A program made the translations under genes and the position numbers. A stretch of 63,753 nt of DNA, the filler included, from Reclinomonas americana ATCC 50394 (Eukaryota), in NCBI GenBank assembly GCA_048213135.1. It is 14 parts of 14 records of this genome, joined end to end, with 100 filler letters (N's around TTAATTAATTAA, not from the genome) between each part and the next. Parts side by side here need not be neighbours in the genome. Positions count along the whole stretch, not along the records: positions 50,850 to 54,981 come from AFZH01019284.1; positions 55,082 to 58,865 come from AFZH01019287.1; positions 58,966 to 62,423 come from AFZH01019288.1; 11 more parts are not named here. One strand, 5' to 3'. Positions 50,750 through 62,523 of the stretch are shown in pieces. How positions within the stretch are numbered: position 1 is the first letter of the stretch; each line of letters starts with the position of its first letter. Below the pieces are notes generated by a model. That model saw only the letters and a list, made by a program, of their open reading frames with translations. It did not search any database and was not told where the DNA came from.

Positions 50750-52176
50750 NNNNNNNNNNNNNNNNNNNNNNNNNNNNNNNNNNNNNNNNNNNNTTAATTA
50801 ATTAANNNNNNNNNNNNNNNNNNNNNNNNNNNNNNNNNNNNNNNNNNNNCAGAGCAGCGGTGTGTGATCTGCTGACTGTGCTGACAGTGCGCGCACGCAC
50901 ACACAGGCTCCCCGATGGTGGCACGCAGTGGGCGATACCGAGTCTCACGTCGACCAATGTGCACATGCGAGTGTTCCCAATGGGTGGTGTGGCGACCGGT
51001 GAAGATGCGCACGCGCGTCGCCAGAGGGAGGCAGCGGCCGACTTTTCCGCCGCCTCACTCGTCTGCACGTCGGTGGGCTCGGTGGCGCAGGATCAGGTGG
51101 CCAGCTTCGACACTGTCGTCGGACCACCCGTGTTCTCGCTGTACGCCTTTGATGTGTTCTGGAATCAACAGTTCCGCTCCATTGCGGAAGACCACGCAGC
51201 GGCGGTGGCGGCCGCCGTGGCCACTGGCACGACGCAAATGCTTAACCGGCGTCGTTCGTTTGTGGCCGGCGCTGGGCTCACCATTTCGGATGCCACCGCC
51301 GGCATTATCCGTCGACTGAATCGTCGCCGACGTGTGCGCCCCAAGGGTGAGTGACTGTGTGTGCGCGTGAAGGAGAGAAGTGAGGGTGTGCTAAGATTGG
51401 CCGTCGTGGCGCAGACTGGGCGCGTGAGTGCTTGGCGCGACATTTCTTCCCCGAGTCTCGCGACGCGGTGTCGTGGATTGTCTTTTGGCGCTCGGAGAGC
51501 GGCATGCGCGGTCAGATTCATCTCAGCGACGTTGCGTGATTTTTGTGGGTGGGGGGTGCTGCTGCTGCCGATCAATCAATCTCACGGGGCGCCACAGTCG
51601 ATTGAGCTACCGGCGTTGCAAGTGGAGCACGTGTTGAATGTGCACTCGGCCGAGGTCACCGACAACACATGCCCGCTGAAGATGCGCTTTGTTCACCCCA
51701 GCGAGTTGGTGCACGACTTTAGCAATCCTCTCGAGTTGCGTGACTCTGTGTCAACACTTGTCTCGTCTTCTTTATCTCACAGCCCCCGCGCAGTCTGTGC
51801 ACCGTGCCGGTGATGATCGAGTTGCACAACCGCATGGTGGACACGTCGGTGTGTTTAGAGTTGGAGCTGCTGCAGCCATTTGAGGAGGGCGACGCGTGGT
51901 GTGGACCTGTGTTCTCCTGGGCCGGCAGTGTCAAGTCCACCATTCGACTGGAGGGACACGAGACGCGGCAGATGCCAATGCAGGTGCGTGTGGCAAGCAG
52001 CAATGCAGTTGACGATTGCGAGTTCTCATGCGTCTTGTCTGTGCTGCGTGCAGGCCGTGTTCACGTCTCCGGGAACGTACAATCTCACGGCCGTGCGCAT
52101 GATGCTGTTCTCGCCCGTCGGTCTTGAGCTGACATGTGCGACTCAGAACCTCATTCATGTGAGACAAGCAGAATGA
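47971..52176 (+). CDS. TRAPPC8: TRAPP III subunit TRAPPC8/Trs85; fragments across two gaps
   Basis: N-terminal PTVMVSSS..A...NRLTYDALLRPY; ALFLEQSAYCYL..RKFAFYLTLAGFRY..HALRCY; VEVVFENPLDVPL; C-terminal HDFS, WAG, FTSPGTYNL. Confidence 0.82.
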
Positions 52177-52264
52177 ACGAGGCGGAAGATTTTCGACGAT
52201 CCATCGGTCGGTGAGGCTGGTTTTTCATCGTTTTTTTCACAGAAGACAGACGCACGCAGCCACC

Positions 52265-52952
52265 ATGGACACCACCATTACGATGCACGCCAAGCACATC
52301 ATTCCCAAGCAGAAGTACGAGGAATCGCTGGTATGTTCGGAGCGTGTGCCTATCGGGACACACATCGCATCGCATCTGCTTCTCATGAACGTGTGTTTTT
52401 CGCGAATGGGCAGGCCGTGCTCGAGCACGGCACTCGGGCCATCAAGGAGGCTGGCTGCGCTCTGGCCTTAAGCTTTTGCGTGTGTGTGGGAGAGAGAGAG
52501 AGAGTATCTTGTGTGCAATGAGTTTTTCCGCTCTCGTCGATAATCATGGTTGTTGTTCTGTTGGATGCACAGTGGTGTGCAGGAGACCCCGATGGGCTTC
52601 GTGCTCACACCGCGCTGTTGAGTGTGTTGTTCGCCTAACTGTGTGCAAAACAGCAGTCGTCCTCACTCATCAAGTGCGCAGTGATTTGTGCGACTGCGGA
52701 GGACGTGCTGAAATCTTTCCAGGCCGCTCGGCCTACCCTCGCGGAGGCTGCCACTGTTGCGTCTCCCGCTGTCTCTCCACGGGTGCGTCGTCAGCTCACC
52801 TCGATTCCTTCTTGCAGCTCTTCCCGTTGTACGACATGGAGGTCATGGGGCCGGCGGAGGAGATTGAGAAGCTCAAGCCCGTCTTCGATCCCGTGTTTGG
52901 ACCGCGCTACTCGATCATTCTGGAGAGCGTCGGTGGCCACAAGACCTTCTGA
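52265..52952 (+). CDS. Small dimeric alpha-beta barrel (ABM-like) protein, paralog A, 5 exons
   Basis: MDTTITMHAKHIIP...MEVMGPAEEIEKLKP; same exon layout as paralog B; fold assignment from recalled similarity of the EVxGPAEExEKLK motif. Confidence 0.6.
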
Positions 52953-53347
52953 TTCGCAACCCGGTGGCCATGACTGCGATTGCCTTGATAATGCAATTGC
53001 AAGTGCTAGGCTGCAGCTGGCGCGCGCCGGTCTGGCTGTTGCCCCACACCCTCCCCACCCCCTCTAACTTCCCCTTTCACCAGTTGTCGCACGAGTGTGC
53101 GTATCAATGAACACGCACTGGTGTTGAACTCACTGTCGCTTCGTGTATCCTTCTGATTGCTGTGAGTTGGTGTGTGTGGTCTTGCTGATGCCCCCCCCTC
53201 TGCACTTCGTGTGGCACACGGACACGGCACTCATAAACCGGCGCGTCCGCGCGCCCGCGAAGGCTGCGTTCGAATTTGTCGTCGGATATCCACACGGTGT
53301 CCCACTCGTCCACTTACTTTCCAACAAGACACACGCACGCAGCAGCC

Positions 53348-54072
53348 ATGGACACCACCGTCACCATGATCGCCAAGCACATCATCCCCAAGCCCAAGTA
53401 CGAGGAGGCAGTGGTACGAGTGTTGTGTTTGTGTGGAGGCATGTCAGCCACCGGAACACCCATCACATGCTTGTACATGTTGTTGTTCGTGTGTGCGCAG
53501 GATGTGCTCACTCGAGGCACTCACGCCATCAAGGAGGCCGGTACCACTCTGGCATTCAGTTTGTTGCGTGCGCTGAGTGAGAATTCGAAGAATTTTTCCG
53601 ATACGTCGTACGCGTGACATTGCAGCGTTTCTATCTTTTTGCGTGTTATAGTGGCGTGCAGGAGACCGCGAGGGGCATTGTGCTGACGCCGCGCAGTTGA
53701 GTGGGGACTGCTGCACATCTCACTGCTGCATACAGCTCCTCACTCGCATTAATCATATGCATATGCATGTCCGCCGTGTTCATGCAGTGATCTCCGCCGA
53801 CGCAGAGGGCATGATGAAGGCGTTCCAAGCCGTTGGACCCATCCTCGCGGAGTTCACCTCTGTTGCGCCTCTCTCCCCTCTGTACAGCAGGAAAGGTGGG
53901 CACGTGCATGCGCATGCAAAACTCATGATCGCAACAGCTCTTCCCGATGTACGACATAGAGATCATGGGACCGGCGGAGGAGATCGAGAAGCTCAAGCCC
54001 TTCTTCGACCCGATGCTCGGACCGCGCTACTCGGTCATTCTGGAGAGCGTCGGCGGCCACAAGGCCTTCTAA
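53348..54072 (+). CDS. Small ABM-like protein, paralog B, 5 exons
   Basis: MDTTVTMIAKHIIP...IEIMGPAEEIEKLKPFFDPMLGPRYSVILESVGGHKAF; clean GT-AG model. Confidence 0.7.
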
Positions 54073-54257
54073 TCATGACACCGGATCCAGACGTCGTCAT
54101 CTGCAGCCGCTTGTAGCATGGCAGGATCATGCTGCCGTCGTAGCTGCACGTGCCCCACCTCCCCTTCTTCTTCCTTCCCTTTCACCAACCACGAATGAAC
54201 TTCCACCGTTTGCGCCTTGTCCTTCCAACCCCTCTGCATTCCTTCCACAACCGAGCC

Positions 54258-54980
54258 ATGCTTGCTCTTGCCCGCCTCTGCACCCCGCGCACAGTGTGCT
54301 CCGTGAGCACAGTCGGCCGTGTGGCCGTGCGCTCGTTCGCCAGTGCCACCGACGAGAACTTGAGGGTGCGGCATCTTCTCTCTCTCTTTCTCCCCCCTCT
54401 CGCGCTGCACTTGTTGCTGCGAGTTACACCACTCCTCCCTCTCTGTCTCTTGCCTGCATCGACTGGCGTGCACACCTGCATGCGTCACGCGTCAAGTGGC
54501 CATGGCTTGCTTACACACTCGCACCCTCTCACACTCTCTCTCACACACACTGCTTCTTGTCGCATGCAACACACACTCACATATGCATGTGTGCACCTTC
54601 AATCCCTCTCTCCCCCTCTCTCTCTCTCATGCGCTGATTCACATGTTTGATGTCACTCCGCTGCTGACTCCGCGTGTTTCTCTCTTGCTCGTTGCTCATA
54701 TGTGCTCTCTGTGTGTGTCCATGTGCATGTGCATGTACATACGTACAGCTTGCGGTGTCGAGCTCGTCACAGGCCAAGTTGCGTGCATTGATCCCAGTCA
54801 AGTTGTCTTCACTGTTCATGCACTCACTCGCTGCGCCTCTGTTGTTGTTCTGCAGTCGGTGAGGCCTTGCACTCCCTCGCACTTGCATGCACGCGTGTGT
54901 GTTTTGCGCGCACTTACTCACATTCGTCTCTTTCCTGCAGCCGCTACCTGTACTTTGCGCAGCAGGCTGACGTGGAAGGT
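54258..54980 (+). CDS. Rubrerythrin/erythrin-like protein with mitochondrial-type presequence (3' end lost in gap)
   Basis: MLALARLC...AVRSFAS presequence (Arg-rich, no acidic residues), then TDENLRLAVSSSSQANRRYLYFAQQADVE, matching rubrerythrin helix A. Confidence 0.8.
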
Positions 54981-55396
54981 GNNNNNNNNNNNNNNNNNNN
55001 NNNNNNNNNNNNNNNNNNNNNNNNNTTAATTAATTAANNNNNNNNNNNNNNNNNNNNNNNNNNNNNNNNNNNNNNNNNNNNCGCATGCGGAAAGCTCGTT
55101 TGCCATCGACGACGACGACGATGTTGTCGTTGACGAGGACAATGCGCGGTCGACATCGACGACGCTGCCGGCGCGTCGCCATGTGGTGCGCCATGTGGTG
55201 CGCTCATGAGCGCCGCAACGATATCGACCACAATACCACAATTCTCCACTTCTCTTTGTGTTTCAGTTGTCAGTCCCTGGTTTCCCCTTATGCTTGTGTG
55301 TAATCGCGCGCCCTTTTTCTCATAAACAACTCGGCGTGTTTGCGTCCGTCCCGTGACGCGTTTCGACAACTTTTTTGTTGTTCGAATTTGGGAGAC

Positions 55397-57694
55397 ATGG
55401 AGTACGTGTGGCTAATGATCCGGCACAACCCCATGTGGCTGGCCCTGACCTGTGCAGCGGCCGCCGCTCCCATTGCTGCCGCATGGTACACGGCGAGCCG
55501 TCTGTGTGCCACACCAGTGACAGGTGTGTGTTGCAGCCGCAAATAGCGCGTTTGGGGCCGAGTGTTTGACCCACCTCCACAGTGTGCCTGTGCACGCTGG
55601 CGCTGCTGCCGGTCACCACGGTGCTTGTGGTGGCACTCGCATGGTTCTGTGTGTTGTGTGCCATTGCGTGGTGGCAGCGGAGGAGAGTGCCGCCAGTGGT
55701 GGACCTCTCCGAGGCAGAGACGCATGTTGTCAGTGACAGGATTCGCCAGCGCGTGTTGCTGGCCGCCGAGCAGCACAAGAGAATCTCGGTGCTGCGCAAA
55801 GTGGGCGATGCACACTCGACACGCACGCACACGTACAAGGCCGGCACGGTGCCAATCGACTTGTCGTCGCTGTCGCGCATTCGCAATGTCAATGTCGACG
55901 GTGTGTTGTTTGTGAGCATGTGAGGGCACTGTGAAGGAGTCGTGGTACTCACTGCGTATTGGTGTGGTTACGAGCAGACTGCACGGTGGTAGTGGAGGCC
56001 GCAGTCACCATGCGCGATCTGTGCGAGGCACTGGCCGATGAGTACGGGATGGTGCCGGCGGTGGTGCCCGAGTTCCAGAATATCACCGGTGCTGTGTTTG
56101 TCTGCTGTTGCTGCTGCTGCTGCTGGTGCAGTTCTCACTGACGCACGCGCACAGTGGGCGGCGCGATTCAGGGACTGGGCATTGAGAGCTCGTCGTTCCG
56201 ACACGGTGCGATAAGCACTGCTGCTTTCGAGGAATAACTCACAGCTGACATGTGTCTGTGAACGTGCAGGTTTGTTTGAGGACGTTGTGCTGGAGATGGA
56301 GTTGGTGCTCGGCGACGGCACGGTGGTGACGGCCTCGCGACAGCAGCACGCCGATCTGTTCTACGGACTGTTCGGCTCGTTTGGCAGTTTGGCGCTGGTG
56401 GTGTCGGCCAAGCTGCAGTGCATGCGAGTGTTGCAGTTGCGTCGCTATCTGTGTGTGTGCTTCCACTCGGCATACTTGTTCATGGCGCTTGCAGACACGT
56501 GGTCATGCAAGTGACCGTGTACTCGCACCGCGCCGACTGTGTCTCGCACCTCGATCGAGTATGCAACGCCACAGTCAACGACGGTCGCGATCCACCAGTG
56601 CTCGACTTTATCGACGCGGTGGTCTTTGATCCCGATCGATCGGCAGTGGTGGAGGCGATCATGTCCGAGTCTGCGAGTTGCGTCGGCACTCGCGCGTGTG
56701 TATGCATTCGCAGAGTGCCTCACACCCGTGCAGGTGGTCCGTATGTTCGCTTGCTGCGGTGGCGCGATCGGCTCTTCTTCGAGGAGCTCGAGCGCATGAT
56801 TGACGACAAGTGTTCGCGACGACGACACGATGACGAGGAAGATAGCGATGGGGATGAAATCGAGTGGGGTTCACCACCGCCGTCGCCCGACAGCCTGCTG
56901 GGTCACGTTCTCTGTCGCTTCACTCTCAGCACGTCGCTCATGGACTATTTGTTCCGCTACGATCGCGGCTGCTTCTTCATGCTGCAGTCGGCCGAGTCGT
57001 TGGCGATGCGCGCGCTGTGGGGTTGGATGCTCGAATCGCGAACTATGGTGTGTTGTCACTGCGTTGTTGGCACTCTCGCGTGCACTGACATGTGCTGGTC
57101 GCGCAGTTCAAGATTGGTATGCACTGGAGTGACGAGGAACGCGAAAAGACTGCGGTCTGTGACAATCTACACTGCCGACAATGCTTCTACTGTGGATCTC
57201 ATCAACCGTGGCACCCACAGATGGTGCAAGACATGTGCGTGCCGATGAGCGCACTGCGCAAGTGCCTCCTCTTTTGCCACGCCGATCTCGACATCTATCC
57301 ACTGTGGCTGTGTCCCGCACGCCGCATGGAGAGCAGCAGAAAAATCTTCTCCATGGGTCCCCGCCACGAGGACTTCCACGTCAACATTGGCATCTACGGC
57401 AATTTTGGTCCGGCCGCCCGTGTCACCGACTTCCGCCTGGTGAACCGGCAGATGGAGGCCCTGTGTACCGAGGTCGGTGGTCACAAGGCACTGTACAGCC
57501 ACTCGTACTACACCAGGTGGGGTGTTTGCAACACTGCCGGTACATGCTCTCTCTCTAACCGACGAGAACGCAGAGAGGAGTTTGCGCAGGCCTACGACTT
57601 GGAGAGATATGAGGAGCTGCGGTGTCGCTATCATGCAACAGAGCGCTTTGTCGACATTTTCGACAAGGTTGTCGTCAAGGGCATTGGAACGTAG
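55397..57694 (+). CDS. Delta24-sterol reductase-like FAD-binding oxidoreductase (DHCR24/DWF1-like)
   Basis: VPAVVPEFQNITVGGAIQGLGIESSSFRHGLF, ELVLGDG, DLFYG..GSFGSL, DYLFRYDRG, VQDMCVP, IYPLWLCP, KALYSHSYYTREEF. Confidence 0.85.
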
Positions 57695-57726
57695 TCACGC
57701 ACGCGACATTATGAACAAACTCACGC

Positions 57727-58865
57727 TCACGAATACATTGTTGATCCACCAGTTCCGGCACCGCCACCACCGGCCGAGGGAGGTGGGCCACCGCCGCCGC
57801 CACCACCACCACCAAAGCCACCCATACCACCGAGGCTGCTGAGCAAGCCACCGAGGCCGCCAAGGCCACCCATGCTGCCCATGACACGCGAGGCGATGCG
57901 ATTGACAACGTCACGCACGAATGGATCCGGTGATCTACCACGCGGGCGGGGATGAGCAGACAAACCCAACCTCCATATGAACAAAAATACGAGTGAGACG
58001 CAACTGCATCAACGACATGATGGCCATGGGGCCGCCCGACTGCACCTGCTCCATAATGGCCACAAAACGCGGGTCGGTCATCAGCGACTGCAACTCTGGG
58101 TCGTTCGCCATCGACTCCATCAACGACGGAGGTACAAGGCCCTCCAGACCGCCAAGTCCACCGGCACCGGCAGCTGGCGGGGCGCCACCCGCACCACCCG
58201 GTGGAGCCGCGCCACCTCGAGCACCACCAAACATGCCGGAACTGCAACACAGCAGTGGTGAGCGAGATGGACGACAGCAGTCCACGAGAACTTCCCAACT
58301 CTCCGACGCAACAGCTGACCCATCATGGCACCCAGGTCCAGACCTCCCGGCATGCCACCGGCACCCGGCGCTTGACGTGGCGGTGGTGCCTGCAACAATC
58401 GATAGACACACGCAATCAGCAGCGCATCGAATGCCCTCACGACATGAAGAGTGCAGGGGCGAGCGAGAAAGAGGGAGGAGGAGCGGAAAACATGTGTGTC
58501 AACTGTGCACCACGCTACGATCATGTAGAATAAGGATGCAAGCGGCCTGCACACCGAGTAAACGGTGCACGAGGACTGCACACAGTGACATGTGATTCAA
58601 TTTGGCGCAGAATTCTTGCCACCACAGCTGACGGGTAAATGTAAACAGTCGTGGGGTAATAGGTATATCGGCGCGTGCGGAGGGAGATGAAGACAGGAAA
58701 GAAAGAAAGAAAGAGGATGATGATGACAGGCAGAGTGTGCCACACTCACCGCTCGCTGTGCATCTCGCCGAGCCAGCGCCTCGTCCAATCGCTTCCTGTA
58801 CTCGTCATTGGCAGGTTCCAACTCGGCAGCACGGCGGTAGCCCTTCTCAATGGCCTCGTCCAGTC
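57727..58865 (-). CDS. TPR + STI1 co-chaperone (SGT/Sgt2-like), C-terminal part
   Basis: EAIEKGYRRAAELEPAN (end of TPR), Gly-rich linker, MANDPELQSLMTDPRF STI1 motif, ends MYS. Confidence 0.65.
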
Positions 58866-58965
58866 NNNNNNNNNNNNNNNNNNNNNNNNNNNNNNNNNNN
58901 NNNNNNNNNTTAATTAATTAANNNNNNNNNNNNNNNNNNNNNNNNNNNNNNNNNNNNNNNNNNNN

Positions 58966-60865
58966 ACGCTGCTCCGTGGCCAGCTTCGGTGCCTGCATCA
59001 TGTCGTACACATGAGCACACCCACACTGGAAATGAACGGGCAGGCCACGCGAACGCAGAACGCACCTCGGGCTCCGTCAGCGGCTTCTTGTGAATGCGCG
59101 GCACGCCCAGATCGCCGGCGCTCTCCAGCACCTTCGGGTTGAGTGGGCGGGCCTTGAACTGCTGCGCCTGCTGCTGCTGCAGCTCCTCCTCCTCGAGTTC
59201 GGAGCGGCTCTTGACGCTGTTGCACGCAAGGTCAGACAAGGGAAGGAACCGCGACAGCAAGCAGGGAGAGAGAGAATGCGTGCGCGCAACTGGTGTGGCT
59301 TGCTGCTGATGCGATCGTCAGTGTGGAAGTGCGGCGCCTTGGGTTTGGTAATCACCGGCACAAATTTGGGTGGCGGCACTGGCTCGTTGGCCGCCGTCGT
59401 GTGGAAGCGCACTGGCGTCTTGTCAAACATCTCGACGCGCTTGGCCAGCGGCACGTACTCCTCGTGCGACTCGTTGGCATCCTGCTGCTGCTGGCCCTTC
59501 ATGGCCTTCGCGGTCTCGATGCGCTCGTCGGTGTGCAGGTGGAACGGCACCGGTACCGTCTTCTGGTGCGGCTGCCAGACCTTGACCGGCTTTGAATTCT
59601 GTCCATAGAGGAAAGAGTGTGCAGAGAGAGGACAAGGGAGAGAAAACGATGGATGACAAAAACAAGCAGTGGAAGACGATGGGATTCGACTCGTGAGTAC
59701 GTGGACACTTGGGGGGGAAGGAGGCAGTGCAAGTGAGCATCACCTGCACAGGCTCGGCCTGCTGTACGGGCTTGACGCGCTTGTCGGTGCGCAGCTCAAA
59801 GCCGACCGGCTGCGTCAGTGGGCGCTCCTCCTTCTTGCCCTTGACTGGCTGACCGGCGAGAGCCTGCGGTGGAGCGGAGTCAGTCGAGAGGCAAACCCCT
59901 TCTGACTGACGAGCCACCAAACCTTCTTCATGAGCTCCTTCTCCTCGGCGCGCTTGCGCTTCAACTCGGCCACCTCGGCCTCGATGCGGCTCATCTCTTC
60001 TTGCTCGCGAGTCTGCAACTTGGGCGAGCGGTGACGAGCCTTGGTGGACAGCATCGGCGAGTGCGCTTGGGTGACACGGCGCTGAGCAGACCACAGTGAG
60101 TGACACAAACCCACGCACATGTTTCGTGTGTGTCTGTGCAAAGTAATTCACCTTCTTCTGCACCTTGCGGCGCTTGCGCTCGGTCTCGCCAAACTCGACG
60201 GCGACGGTGGCATTGACGGCGGCCGATGCACCGGCCGGCGCAGCTGTCTCCTCATCGTCGGCCATGTCCACGTCCATGATGCGCATGGCCTCCTCGGGCT
60301 CGCTGTGACGGCGCTTGCCGAGTGGCGATCCATTGATGGTGACCTCCGGCACCCTCAGAGTCACAGTCGGTGACGACATGACCGACTCGACAATCGTGGT
60401 CGTGGTGGTAGTGGTGGCGATGGCGGATGCCTCGTACAAGACGGTGACCTGCACGCTGTCGTCGGCCGACGGTGCGGCCGTGGTGCCGTCCTCGAATTGC
60501 TCCTCATCCTCCTCTTCCTCGTCGACCGGCACGTGCTCAATCGTGTGGCTGTCGCCGTCGGCGGTCCAAGCCCTGTACGCGTGAGAGAGTGAGCAACTGC
60601 ACGCACGACGCAGCAAGAGGCGACGATGTGTGTGGCGTGGCGCAACTTGGGCGGATGACCGACAACCGGTGACGCGTGCTTGCCTTCTGCGAGTGCATGA
60701 ACAACAACACATGTGAGGCAAGTCTGTGCGCGTTCTCTCTCGCTCTCTCGCAGCACGACAAGACGCACCAAACCAACTGTCGGCACCAGCGCCCTCGCTG
60801 CCGGCGTCAAAGTCGTAGAACGACGGCGCCTCAAAGTGGTACGCAGATGAGGGTGATGAATCCAT
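58966..60865 (-). CDS. TPX2: TPX2 spindle assembly factor, N-terminal part
   Basis: YHFEAPSFYDF Aurora-binding-like motif, repeated T.P..F.L.TD.R motifs, FKARPLNPKVLES.GDLGVP..KKPLTEP. Confidence 0.85.
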
Positions 60866-61126
60866 AGTCAACGGTCAAACAGGAAAAACTCGGAACAAGT
60901 CGTGTGTGTGCGTGTGTTCGTGTATGCGTGTGTGTGTGTTGGCAGGGCAACAATCTACTGTGCGTTCACGTCAGAAGCGTGTGCGTGCGTGCGTGCGTGT
61001 GCGTGAGAGTCACGTGCTCTTTTCCTATCCTCTCTCCACCGTTGCCAGAAAAACAAGTTGCAACGTTCCTCGCGAGCCTTTCACCTTGCACTGTCCATTG
61101 TCACGCTTTGTGTAAATCACAATCGA

Positions 61127-62423
61127 ATGGGCAAGAGCAGACGCGGAAAGGGACCCGATGGGCAGCGCGGTGCGCCAGTGCGCACAGGCAAGGGCTCAGA
61201 AGGCAGACGGTGAGCAAAATGAGCGGGGAGAGGGGGGGAGAACACAATTTAGCGGCCATTGTCTGGTCATTGCTCACTCTTCTCTCTCACACGCACAGTG
61301 AAATGTTCAAGCGGAAGCAAAAGGGCGTGGAGATCATGAGCGGACCATGCGGGCAGGGTGGCGTGTTTGGCGAGGAGGGTGCGTTACTCGACAAGAGAGT
61401 GTGTGTGTGTTGTCGCCATGTGCATCGGCACACGTGAATAGCTCCCTCCCTTCCTTTCCATGCTCCGATGCCTAATCTCTCTCCCCACCTCTGTCTCTCT
61501 TTCTCAGAGTTGGAGGCGGCAGTGATTCCGTTGGCCATGTGGGTGAGTGATGATGAGAGCCCCGATGCATCGCTCTCTCTTTCTCACGCTTACGCATCAT
61601 CATCTCCTCGTGCAGGATATGGGTCAGTGTGATCCGAGAAAGTGCACTGGTCGCAAGTTGGCACGACTGGACATGCTCAGCGAGTTGTCGATTGGTCAAT
61701 CGTTCCGCGGTGTTGTGTTGACGTTGCGTGAGCTTTTTCTTTGCCCTCCATCTTCCCGTTCCCGTGCGTAACTCCAAGATTGCAGTCCGGCCGGCAAGCA
61801 GGTGGTGTCGCCGGCCGATCGTCGTGTGGTGAACACGTACGGATGCTGTGTGATTGACTGCAGCTGGGCCAACTTGCGCGCGGTGCCCTTCTCCAAGTTG
61901 CACGGCGATCACGAGCGAATTCGTTGCGTGGCAAAGCGTGTGAGGATCGAGCGCCGATGATGCTCTGCTGACTTCTTTCCCTATCGCAGTGCCGTTCCTG
62001 ATTGCGGCAAATCCCGTCAACTACGGCAAGCCGCAGAAGCTGTCGTGCGTGGAGGCGCTGGCCGCCGCGCTCTACATTACCGACTTCAAGGAGGAGGCCG
62101 AGTACGTGCTGAACAAGTTCACCTGGGGCCACGGCTTCCTGACGCTGAATCAGGAGCTGTTGGAGGGCTACTCGGAGTGCGAGAATGCCGAGGAAGTCAA
62201 GACGTTTGAGACGACCAAGCTGGAGGAGTGGAAGAATGAGCCGCGAGTGTTTGCCCGCCCGCCGGATCTGGAGGAGGACGATGACCCATCAGCGGCTGCT
62301 GGCCCGTCGGGCTCCGGCTCGTCATCTCGGGGATCATCATCGTCAGCCGCCGCTGGCAGCAGCAGCCGCGGCCCGCGAGTGGGAGCCGACGACGAAGCGG
62401 AAGAGGAGGGCGAAGAGGAGGAG
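61127..62423 (+). CDS. TSR3: 18S rRNA aminocarboxypropyltransferase TSR3 (3' end in gap)
   Basis: LAMWDMGQCDPRKCTGRKL, VSPAD, VIDCSWA, LPFLIAANPVNYGKPQKLSCVEALAA, FTWGHGFL. Confidence 0.95.
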
Positions 62424-62523
62424 NNNNNNNNNNNNNNNNNNNNNNNNNNNNNNNNNNNNNNNNNNNNTTAATTAATTAANNNNNNNNNNNNNNNNNNNNN
62501 NNNNNNNNNNNNNNNNNNNNNNN

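Noticed and set aside
51410..51530. Apparent 9-nt and 15-nt microexons in TRAPPC8
   Set aside because: A single exon (DWARECL...WIVFWRSESGMRGQIHLSD) keeps frame and fits better; the microexon model hits a stop
55082..55300. Possible gene start on the minus strand next to the gap
   Set aside because: Too short, and the reading frame is ambiguous
678..62423. Alternative genetic code or stop readthrough to explain fragmented ORFs
   Set aside because: Interruptions resolve as short GT-AG introns, and genes end with TAA, TAG and TGA normally
11021..62523. TTAATTAATTAA repeated 13 times, as a CRISPR-like or element repeat
   Set aside because: Always embedded in N44 flanks; a synthetic six-frame-stop spacer
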